Of a stretch of DNA of 64,000 nucleotides, positions 47,586 through 56,569 are shown in pieces; position 1 is the stretch's first letter; each line of letters starts with the position of its first letter. The notes under the pieces are model-generated. The model did no database searches. It was not told the DNA's origin and was given only the letters and a program-made list of their open reading frames with translations. The stretch comes from Gammaproteobacteria bacterium UBA7449 (GTDB lineage: Bacteria; Pseudomonadota; Gammaproteobacteria; Pseudomonadales; Pseudohongiellaceae): the NCBI GenBank assembly GCA_002477465.1, contig DLPV01000026.1, positions 14,597 through 78,596 on the forward strand, given 5' to 3'. Position numbers and translations under genes: made by a program.

Positions 47586-49524
47586 GTGATGAAGTTGGAA
47601 GGTTATTCAAATCTTCTCAAAAGCGGCGAAGGTGGAATGGAGCACGTGTATCGCGGTATCCAGGACTCCCTGCAGCGCCCGGTCGCCATCAAACTGCTGA
47701 TCAATGAGCTCAGCTCTGATGCAGAGGCGCGCAAGCGGTTTGAGCGAGAATCCTACATCATTGCCCGCCTTAATCACGCTAATATCATTCACGTCATAGA
47801 CCGTGGCATCACCGGAGATGAGATGCCCTATTTCGTGATGGAATTTGTCGAAGGTATCGATCTCGGTACCGCGATGAAATCGCGCCAACTTGGCCATGGG
47901 CATAAAGTCGACATCATTGTCCAGATTCTGAAGGCGCTTGCCTACGCTCATGGAAACAACGTGATTCACCGCGACATCAAGCCTGACAACATTCTGTGTT
48001 GACGATGATAACAACATAAAGATTCTAGACTTCGGCATCGCCCAATTTTATGAGGAAATGCGCAAGACCTATGATCGCACCTGCGCTGGCATGGTCATGG
48101 GCACGTTCAACTATATGTCCCCGGAACAAAAGGAATCAGCAGAGAACGTAACGGCCCAGAGCGATCTGTATTCTGTGGGCGTGCTCATGTACCACCTGTT
48201 TACAGGCAAGCTGCCCAGCGGCCGTTATCCTGACCCAAGCGAACTAAACCCGGATGTATCTGAAGAACTCAATCAGTTGATCCTGCAATGCCTGCAGGAA
48301 GACCCGAATCATCGCCCAGACTCGGCCGAGGAACTCAAAATCCGACTGCTTGCGATTCCCCAGGGCGCCCATATCAATGAGGAGCAGAAGCTGCGGGCAG
48401 AGCAAGGCTTCACGAGTTTTAAATCCAAGTTCCTGCTGCTCGATGTACTGAGAGAAGACCGCTTCGGTGGAGTTTACCTCTACCAGCAAAAGGAAAAAGG
48501 CACACTCCTGATCGTCAAAAAGAAAGTCAGAGGCAGTTCCGGCTATGAAGCCATGAGCCTGCTGGCTTCAGTGACGCATCCCAATATCGTGAGTACTTTA
48601 GGCACATTTCGTAATGATGATTTTTTCGTGCTAATCCAGGAGTATATGAGTGGCGGCACGCTGCAGGACAAACTGGCCTTCCATCTAACCTGGCAACAAA
48701 CACTTCAGATCGCCAAACAGCTCTGTGAAGCAGTGGTATTCGCTCACAACAACCGCCTTGTTCACGGTCATTTGCGTCCTACCAACGTGCTGTTTGACCC
48801 GGATAGGTCGGTAAAAGTCACTGACTTCTGGCTACAGGACGATACCAGCGACGTGTAGACGGCCTGTTTCTAATATTTGGAAGGTGAGGATCGCTCCCGG
48901 TCATTAGATATTTACGCAGTCGGCGTTCTACTCTATCAATTGTTTACCGGATGCTTACCTCGCCGCCGCAATGAAACCGGCTTCGTGATCCGCAAGGCTT
49001 TCGCCAAGTTACCGACAGACATACAGGATCTTATTACCAAAATGCTTTCAACGATTCCTGCAAACAGGAGTCAGGATATTTTGCAGCAGGCGCTTGAGCT
49101 ATTTGATAGCCAGCTATCCAAGCGGCAACAGCTATCATTTACTGAGCGCCCTGCACGTGTTAAAAATCGAGTTGCTGATCGCCGCAAAGAAGACCAGTCG
49201 AAACCTGCAAGACTGTGTAAGGTTACCAAGATCGACACAGTAACGGACGCAGTGAAGCAAATGCCACACAGTCCGGAAGACAGTGAAGCTATCTCCCAAT
49301 TGGCTACCAGGAAGAAACAGCCAACAAGTGGAAATCGGGTAAATGTACTGTTCGCCCTGCTCTGCCTTGTGTATGCACAATATCTGTTTCTATTTGATGG
49401 TCAGGAAAACATTAACCAGAGTATGCCGGCCGTTTACGTGGCGGTAGTTAGCGAATTTGAGGGGCTTGTAGGCAAACCAGATGTCAGAGGAACGTTTCCA
49501 GGTGAGAATAGCCGGCTTTACTGA
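47586..49524 (+). pseudogene. Hanks-type Ser/Thr protein kinase with tandem kinase + pseudokinase domains and C-terminal TM segment, disrupted by one frameshift and two in-frame stops
   Basis: Piece 1 (47586-48002) has the G-loop, VAIK and HRDIKPDN, then stops. A +1-frame piece (from 47998) continues VDDDNNIKILDFGIA...SPE...HRP. A second kinase-like domain follows with HGHLRPTN and DFW. TAG 48856 and TAA 48871 lie in frame before ..DIYAVGVLLYQLFTG. A TM helix (VLFALLCLVYAQYLFLF) lies near the end. Confidence 0.8.
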
Positions 49525-50254
49525 CACTGGCCTCAAACGCCAGCTCAACGAAGATCATATCGGTTTTGATCAGGAGTTGGGCATTGCAGTGCTCGCAGAC
49601 GGTATGGGTGGTCACCGATCTGGCGAAATTGCCTCCCATATGGCGGTGGAGTCAGTGCTGGAACAACTTCAGAGCATGTGCAAACCGAAACCTACTGAAT
49701 CGATAACTGGTTCTCAGCTGTTGGACTACGTGAGTAATACAATTTCCTTCAGTAACAGTATGATCTACCAGGCTGCAGAAGCGGTTAATGAGCACCGCGG
49801 CATGGGTACTACCCTGGTTGCTGTGATGATTCAGGATTCACAGATTTATGCCGGCCATGTGGGTGACTCGCGCCTTTATCTATACCGCGCTGAATCGCTT
49901 CGCAGGATCACAAAAGATCACAGCCTGGTGCAAGACTTGATAGATCGCGGCTTCTATACGGAAGAAGAAGCACGCTCGGCGAATGTAGGACACATCGTCA
50001 CCAGAGCTCTGGGTACCAAAGCACAGGTGGAGGTGGATACCCTACAGCACGACTTAGAGGCAGGCGATGTGTTTTTGCTCTGCTCTGACGGCTTATCGGA
50101 TATGGTCGCGGACTGGCAAATTCAGGAAACATTGAAGGAGCAGACCAGCAACCTTGAAAGGGCAGCAGAGACGCTGATTTCAAAAGCGAATCGCAATGGC
50201 GGCAGGGACAATATTTCCGTCATTCTGATGCAGGTCTCACAAGCAGAAACATAA
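49481..50254 (+). CDS. PP2C-family Ser/Thr protein phosphatase (Stp-like)
   Basis: TDTGLKRQLNEDH, LADGMGGH, GTTLVA, GDSRLY, LLCSDGLSD and GGRDNISV motifs. It is intact at 257 aa and overlaps the kinase 3' end by 44 nt. Confidence 0.9.
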   Translation: MSEERFQVRIAGFTDTGLKRQLNEDHIGFDQELGIAVLADGMGGHRSGEIASHMAVESVLEQLQSMCKPKPTESITGSQLLDYVSNTISFSNSMIYQAAEAVNEHRGMGTTLVAVMIQDSQIYAGHVGDSRLYLYRAESLRRITKDHSLVQDLIDRGFYTEEEARSANVGHIVTRALGTKAQVEVDTLQHDLEAGDVFLLCSDGLSDMVADWQIQETLKEQTSNLERAAETLISKANRNGGRDNISVILMQVSQAET

Positions 50255-50304
50255 ACGGAATTTTACTAGGCTGCAGTGCCACAGATTAGTAAGAGAATCG
50301 ACTC

Positions 50305-51003
50305 ATGCCAGGCAAACTTGTGTTCAGCTTCAACTCAAAACAGATAGACGAGTTTCCTCTCGACAAGGAAGTCATGACTATCGTACGCAAGGATGACAAT
50401 GACATCCGTATCGAGAATCTCGTCGCGAGCGGGCATCACGCAAAGTTGCTCACTATTTTTGATGATTCCTTCCTGGAAGATCTGGACAGAACCAATAAAG
50501 CCTAGGTCAACGGGCACAACATCAGGAAACATCCACTCAAAAACGGTGACGTGATCGTCATTGGCAAGCATGAATTACGCTATGAGAACGCGAATAGCGC
50601 AGCTGATGACGATACCGAGAAAACTGTACTCATTCGGCCCAAACCCCAGCAGCCTACCTACCCCAGTTCAGTTGCGTCTAACGATGTTGAATACGAACCC
50701 GCCAAGCAACCGGTGTTACCGCCCCCGCTTGAGCATGCCAAGCTGCAAATCTTGAACGGCACCGGTGCTGGTAAAGAGTTACCGCTGACAAAACCCTCGG
50801 TAAAACTGGGCAAAGCTGGTTCTGAAGTCGTCCAGATAAACCGCCGACCAGATGGACACTTCATCGTGTGCCTGGACCAACCAAAAGGCTCTGCGCCGTC
50901 CAGAGTGAACGGTAAAGACATTGGTGCGCGATCTGTGAAGTTGGACAATCATGACATTATTGAAATCAACCGACTGAAGATAGAGTACTTTCACGCCAGT
51001 TAA
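50305..51003 (+). pseudogene. Double-FHA-domain protein interrupted by an in-frame TAG (50503-50505)
   Basis: ORFs 50305-50505 and 50551-51003 share one frame. The read-through sequence ..LEDLDRTNKA*VNGHNIRKHPLKNGDVIVIGKHELRY matches the FHA core (S/T-N-G-T-aromatic-V-N-G ... GD.I.IG). A second FHA-like domain is at the C-terminus (..RVNGKDIG...L.NHDIIEI). Confidence 0.75.
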
Positions 51004-51056
51004 ATCTGCCTGGCGCCGAATAATTTAACGGCTCAATTCAAGCACAAATTTGCTAA

Positions 51057-51088
51057 CAAAAAAGGCGGCTCGATGGGCCGCCTTTTTT
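51057..51088. terminator. Bidirectional rho-independent terminator between the FHA gene and the dsbD/scsB-like gene
   Basis: aaaaaaaggcggc-tcgatgg-gccgcctttttt. Confidence 0.8.
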
Positions 51089-51122
51089 GTTTTTCAACGC
51101 CTGATTTAAGCGCGTATTCTGC

Positions 51123-54065
51123 CTAAATCGATTCGAATGCCTCAGCAACAATACCTGGCGTCAGAATTTGGGGAAGTATCACCGGCTCTTTGCTGGTATC
51201 CCCGGGGTATAGGACATAGAGCGGTACTGAGGGTCGGTTGAATCGCTCCAGTACCGCAGTAATCTCCGGATCCTCGTTGGTCCAGTCTCCCTTCATGTAG
51301 GTGATTTCCCGATCTGCCATAACCTGCTTAACGCGATCCGTGCTCAGTGTGGTCTGCTCATTAGCCAGACAGGTAATACACCAGGCCGCAGTCATGTTAA
51401 CAAATACTGGTTTGCCTTCGGCCTGCAACTCATCCAGACGCTGTGAGCTGAAAATCTCATAATCCCGAACCACATTGCCTTCCTCATCGGTGCTCAGGTT
51501 GGCAACGCTCGCCGCATTAGCGACTGTTTGCATGAATGGTGACTGCGTCAGGTAGATGGCAAGCAACAGAGTCGCCAGGCTGACGCCATAATTGAATGTC
51601 CGCATAAAGACTCCCATGGTGAAACGGCGTTGATATAGCCAGGCAGCGAACGCCATCACCACGCACATACCAAGCACCAGCGACATGCCCATGACACCCA
51701 CCTGGTTACCTAAAACCCAGAGGAAGAACAGAGCCGATGCATAGAGCGGGAAGGCTATGACCTGCTTGAAAGTCTCCATCCAGGGGCCAGGTTTGGGCAT
51801 ATACTTGTAGAGTGCCGGCACGTAGCTCAATACCAGGATCGGGAACGCCATCCCGACACCGAGTGCAACAAAGACCGCCATAGCCAGGAGCCACGATTGG
51901 GTCAAAGCAAAGCCAATGGCGGGCCCCATAAAGGGTGCAGTACAGGGCGTCGCCACCGTTGTAGCCAGCACACCTGTGAAGAAAGAGCCCTTATAGCCAC
52001 CCTGCGCAGTAAGCCCGCTGCCGGCGCCCATCAAGCTTGTGCCAATTTCAAACACGCCAGACAGACTCAGTCCCATCAGGAAAAAGAGGTAGACGATGAA
52101 GGCCAGGAACCAGGGCTGTTGGAACTGAAAAGCCCACCCGACTGCTTCGCCACCAGCTCGCAGTGCGATGAGTACGGAAGCCAGGGTCACAAAGGCCACA
52201 ACCACGCCTAGGGTGTAGACCAGGCCGTCCATGCGCTGCTTCTCTTTTGACTCACCCGCATTATTGGCAAAGCTCAGCGCCTTGATAGAGAGCACAGGAA
52301 ATACGCAGGGCATCAAATTAAGAATCATGCCGCCCAGAAAGGCGAAGCCCATGAATACCAAGAGCCCAGCACCGCCTTCACCGTAGCCGTCAGCCGTACC
52401 CCCATTTGACGCGGCGGCCAGAGGCGCGATGGTCATAGAGTTTGCATCGGCAGCGGGATTGACGAAATCAAAGGCCGTGCGCGCACCAGCATCGTTTTCC
52501 AGCACCAGCACACCGTAGACCTCAGACAGGTCCTGTAGCATGCGTCTGGGCTGCTTATGGGTAATCTGTAGCAGATTGCCCTGTAAGCTCACTTCCCGCA
52601 GCGGGCCTGGTTTGATGATTCGGCGCTGATCTGGAAAGAAATAGGCCTCTGAATAATCATCGAAAATGGGGTCAGATGCCTCAAATCCGAGACTCACTCT
52701 TTCACCGGCAACCGCTGTCATCGATCGAATACCGTGATCCGTTGACGGGATCGCTTCCCTTGCTTCGTCGAACAGGGCCTGGGTGCCTGCATCCAGTTCG
52801 GGGACAGTACCGACTGGCAGGGTAATGTTGAGACGCTGCTCGCCGGGAATACAAATCTGGTCGCACACATTCCAATAGGCAAGCGTGCTCAACTCAACCT
52901 GATCGCCGCTAAAATCTGCAGGCAGGGTAACCGCTACCGGCAGCAGGACTTCTTCTTCATAACCAAAGTTCACCAGGTCGGTGTCGTAGAATGGCAGCCA
53001 GTGTGGTGCGGGCCACTGGATCTCCCCTATTTGGGTGCCTTCTGGTGCCTCCCACTCGTTCAGACTCGTGGGCTCACCACTATCACCACCCATTTTCCAA
53101 TAAGTATGCCAGTGCTCGGCAGGATCAAGGCGCAGGCCCAGCCAGGTAGTCTCGCCGGGGACAATATTCGTTGTTTCAGACAGCAGCTCGACTTCAATGC
53201 TGTTATCCCATGCCACCGGGCTACGAGACGCAGTCAGGTCGAATGCCTGCAGATTCCCTGCATCATCCACGAACGAAAGCAAGCCTTCCATCGTGGTCCG
53301 CGATCCGTCATAGCGGCGATGCTGTTCGGTGGAAAGCTGAATCCGCTCCCCGTCCAACATGACATTGCGGTAGGGCGCGTAGCGCATGATTCGGCGCTCA
53401 ACCGGGAAAAACCATGCCTCATCAATATCATTAAATTGGGCACCATCTGCCTTGATCATGACGTTGACCTTGCCGTCATGGTCATTGAATTCAGCTACCA
53501 GTCCATGGGCGTCAACAGGAGTCGGCAGCGTGCTTCGAGTTTCCGCGAAAGCCTGCTGCCATTGCGGATCAATTTCCAGATTTGCGGCAACCGGCAGCGC
53601 TATGGAGAAATTGGCTTCACCAGGAATACAGATTTCATCACAGACCTGCCACTCGATCAGAGTGCTTAGGGCCAACTCTTCGCCGCTAAAATTTGCTGGC
53701 ACGGTGAGCGCCATTGGCAGGAAGACTTCACGTTCGTAAGTGAAGGTCACCAGGTCGCTGCCGAGGAAGGGTGTCCACTCAGGAATCGGCCACTGAATCT
53801 CTCCGATCTCCGTGCCTGCAGGCATGTCCCAATCAACAGCGCGCGTAGCTTCTCCGCTGTCGCCGCCAAATTTCCAGTAGGTATGCCAATGCTCGATAGG
53901 GTCAAGCCTGATTGCCAGCCAGGTCGTTTCTCCCGGCACCACCGTAAAGGTTTCCGAGATCAATTCGACTTCGATCTGGTCAGTTCGGTGCACCTGTGCT
54001 GATGCGCCTATTGAGACCAAAAATAAACCTATAACAATCAATAAGTTAGGCATGATACGAGCCAT
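51123..54065 (-). CDS. DsbD/ScsB-family thiol:disulfide reductase with tandemly duplicated periplasmic N-terminal module
   Basis: Signal peptide; two ~255-aa repeats (aa 31-289 and 290-543), each with HWHTYWK and VCD(E/Q)ICIPGE (Cx3C). The DsbD-type membrane core has CVFPVL and TPCTAPF. The C-terminal thioredoxin domain has WCITC. 980 aa. Confidence 0.85.
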   Translation of the reverse strand: MARIMPNLLIVIGLFLVSIGASAQVHRTDQIEVELISETFTVVPGETTWLAIRLDPIEHWHTYWKFGGDSGEATRAVDWDMPAGTEIGEIQWPIPEWTPFLGSDLVTFTYEREVFLPMALTVPANFSGEELALSTLIEWQVCDEICIPGEANFSIALPVAANLEIDPQWQQAFAETRSTLPTPVDAHGLVAEFNDHDGKVNVMIKADGAQFNDIDEAWFFPVERRIMRYAPYRNVMLDGERIQLSTEQHRRYDGSRTTMEGLLSFVDDAGNLQAFDLTASRSPVAWDNSIEVELLSETTNIVPGETTWLGLRLDPAEHWHTYWKMGGDSGEPTSLNEWEAPEGTQIGEIQWPAPHWLPFYDTDLVNFGYEEEVLLPVAVTLPADFSGDQVELSTLAYWNVCDQICIPGEQRLNITLPVGTVPELDAGTQALFDEAREAIPSTDHGIRSMTAVAGERVSLGFEASDPIFDDYSEAYFFPDQRRIIKPGPLREVSLQGNLLQITHKQPRRMLQDLSEVYGVLVLENDAGARTAFDFVNPAADANSMTIAPLAAASNGGTADGYGEGGAGLLVFMGFAFLGGMILNLMPCVFPVLSIKALSFANNAGESKEKQRMDGLVYTLGVVVAFVTLASVLIALRAGGEAVGWAFQFQQPWFLAFIVYLFFLMGLSLSGVFEIGTSLMGAGSGLTAQGGYKGSFFTGVLATTVATPCTAPFMGPAIGFALTQSWLLAMAVFVALGVGMAFPILVLSYVPALYKYMPKPGPWMETFKQVIAFPLYASALFFLWVLGNQVGVMGMSLVLGMCVVMAFAAWLYQRRFTMGVFMRTFNYGVSLATLLLAIYLTQSPFMQTVANAASVANLSTDEEGNVVRDYEIFSSQRLDELQAEGKPVFVNMTAAWCITCLANEQTTLSTDRVKQVMADREITYMKGDWTNEDPEITAVLERFNRPSVPLYVLYPGDTSKEPVILPQILTPGIVAEAFESI

Positions 54066-54815
54066 AGTCTATTCCTGCAGGATGTGCGGGCATTCTACCC
54101 GCCCGTTGAGGTTAGGAATGTGCCAAAAGGTAACAAAACTGCCGACTTCTGTCATGAAACTGTCGGCATTTTTGCGCTGCGCTGCAATAACAGCCCCGGG
54201 CACCAATTCAGCCAGTGCACCAGACCTAGCACAAGACTTAACACAAGATTTAGCAATAGACCCGGCAAACGCAAAATTCGTGCACCGACGCCCAGTGCAT
54301 TCAGGGCTAGGTCTTAGAGCAAACCCATACTTGCCGGCCGATTCATGGCATGAATCGATTTAAGAACACTCAGAAATCTCTGCTAGAGTGACCTCTCACG
54401 CAGAATGCGCCAGCTCCACCCAGGCAAGCATCCGATTTTATAAGCACTAGAACGCGCAGCCAGGTAAATCAGACTACAAAACGCAGTATTCCACCTGTGT
54501 CGCGGGCTAATCAGGCTGAGAAAGCCCAGCCAGAAGAGTCCCCTGTGCAGTTTGGCAGCAGAGCCTGAATCGGTGCGACCATCAAGAGCCAGATCGAGGG
54601 CATGCTGCGAAACACTTGTCTGAAGGCATGAGCGGACTTGATGATGCCGGTGCGTTTCTCTCTAAAGCCTGGCTTATCCCTTCAAAGGCTCAACTTCGTA
54701 ACGCCCACGAGACTTCGCCAAAGCCTGTTGCCAGACGCGGTCAACTCATCGATATCCTGGTCTAGCACTCAACTGCTTCAGCAACTAGCCGGGGCACCAC
54801 GGTTTACCCGACGCG

Positions 54816-56549
54816 TTACTCACTGCCAAGTATCCGCTCTACCAGCAACTGCAGGTTCAGCGAGTTTCGGTACTCGTTGACGTCTAGCCGAAACACCAAC
54901 TCGATACGGGAGGCATCAACGGCAGGCCAGGCGTCTTCATCCACATTGAACGCAATCGCATCGATTAGTTTTCCTGGTTCAGATTCAGGGCTGAGCACCA
55001 TTTTCAGATGTTTGTCGGCGAGCACCCGCGAATCGCGGAGAATAAACTTTCCGTCAAATAGAGGCTCTGGAAATTCCTGCCCCCAGGGGCCCGCGGATCG
55101 AAGTACCTGGGCGGCTTCGAGGGTCATGAAGTCAGCGGAAACCTCGCCATCGCTCTCCACCATTGCCTGCAGCTGTGCCGCACTGAGTTGTCTCGCTGCT
55201 TCTGCGGCAAACGCTTCGCTAAATCGCTCAAAGTCACCCCGCGCAAGGCTTAAACCCGCGGCCATGGCGTGACCACCAAACTTGGTTACCAGGCCAGGGT
55301 TACGGGTTGCAACGGCGTCGAGGGCATCACGAATATGGAAACCTGGAATCGAGCGCGCCGAACCCTTTAACTCCTCGCCCCCTTCAACTGATGCGAACGC
55401 GATTACGGGACGGTGGTACTTTTCCTTGATCCTGGAAGCGAGAATTCCCACCACGCCCTGATGCCAGCGCTCATCGAACAGGCATAGACCCGCAGGCATG
55501 TCAGCAGCATCCAGCTCCAGATTCGCCAGACTTTCAAATGCCTGGTCGCGCATCTCCGACTCGATTTGGCGCCGGTCCTGATTCATGCCGTCCAGCTGCA
55601 GGGCAAGGCGATGGGCATCGCTGTCGCTATCCGTCAATAGGCACTCAATACCTGTCGTCATATCATCCAGCCTGCCGGCGGCATTCAAGCGTGGACCGAC
55701 ACCGAAAGCGAGATCGGAAGTACTAAGATTCACCGCATTCTTTTTTGCGACCTGAAGCAATGCAATTATACCCGGCCGCGCCCTGCCCCCGCGAATTCTG
55801 CGCAGTCCCTCAGCAACCAGAATGCGATTGTTGTGATCCAGTGGCACAACATCAGCAATAGTGCCAAGTGCCACTAAATCAAGTAATTCAGCCATATTTG
55901 GCTCTGCCTGATTATTGTCACGGAACCAGGCCATCTCTCGCAGGCGACTGCGCAGCGCCAACATGACATAGAACACGACACCAACTCCCGCAATCGCCTT
56001 GCTGGAAAATGAGCATCCGGCCTGGTTGGGGTTCACGATAGCCTCAGCGCTGGGCAATTCATTCGGGGCAATATGATGATCTGTAATCAACACCTTGCTA
56101 CCAATTGCTTGCGCAGCCCTTACCCCATCGACACTGGAAATGCCGTTATCCACAGTGATGATAAGATCTGGCGACTTGGTGGCCGCCAGTTCTACTATTT
56201 CTGGCGTCAGGCCGTAACCATACTCGAAGCGATTCGGAACGATATAATCCACATGCTGGTAACCGAACTGTTTCAATGCCGCTATCGCCAATGCGCAACT
56301 GGTAGCGCCATCTGCATCGAAATCAGAAACGATCAAAACCCGTGACTGTTGCTGCAAGGCTTGCAGCAGCAAGTCCACCGCTGCTCGCATGCCAAGCATG
56401 CTGTCAGGAGGGATGAGTTTGGAGAGGGTTAGGTCGAGTTCTTCCGCAGTCGCCAACTTGCGCTGCTGGTAAACCCGCCGCAATAGAGGATGTAAGGAAT
56501 CTGGTAGCGCCAATCCCGTGTCACTTGCACGTCGCTGCAGACGAATCAT
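54816..56549 (-). CDS. recJ: Single-stranded-DNA-specific exonuclease RecJ
   Basis: DHH-family motifs (VSDFDADGATS, ITVDNG, LITDHH) and a DHHA1 region (GGHAMAAG). Confidence 0.95.
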   Translation of the reverse strand: MIRLQRRASDTGLALPDSLHPLLRRVYQQRKLATAEELDLTLSKLIPPDSMLGMRAAVDLLLQALQQQSRVLIVSDFDADGATSCALAIAALKQFGYQHVDYIVPNRFEYGYGLTPEIVELAATKSPDLIITVDNGISSVDGVRAAQAIGSKVLITDHHIAPNELPSAEAIVNPNQAGCSFSSKAIAGVGVVFYVMLALRSRLREMAWFRDNNQAEPNMAELLDLVALGTIADVVPLDHNNRILVAEGLRRIRGGRARPGIIALLQVAKKNAVNLSTSDLAFGVGPRLNAAGRLDDMTTGIECLLTDSDSDAHRLALQLDGMNQDRRQIESEMRDQAFESLANLELDAADMPAGLCLFDERWHQGVVGILASRIKEKYHRPVIAFASVEGGEELKGSARSIPGFHIRDALDAVATRNPGLVTKFGGHAMAAGLSLARGDFERFSEAFAAEAARQLSAAQLQAMVESDGEVSADFMTLEAAQVLRSAGPWGQEFPEPLFDGKFILRDSRVLADKHLKMVLSPESEPGKLIDAIAFNVDEDAWPAVDASRIELVFRLDVNEYRNSLNLQLLVERILGSE

Positions 56550-56569
56550 GGCTTGTCGCTTGAACCTTG

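Noticed and set aside
47991-48003. Programmed ribosomal frameshift in the kinase
   Set aside because: There is no slippery heptamer and no obvious downstream stimulatory structure. Two further nonsense codons downstream argue for decay or error rather than recoding.
50503-50505. TAG decoded as pyrrolysine or otherwise reassigned
   Set aside because: TAG is a frequent genuine terminator for conserved genes in this window (ydjA, gloA, yeiP, alaS, tetR-like). No pyl genes are present, and Pyl is not expected in gammaproteobacteria.
54095-54115. Sigma-54-like TGGCAC upstream of the dsbD/scsB-like gene
   Set aside because: The -12 element is absent: AC is found where GC is required at the correct 10-nt spacing.
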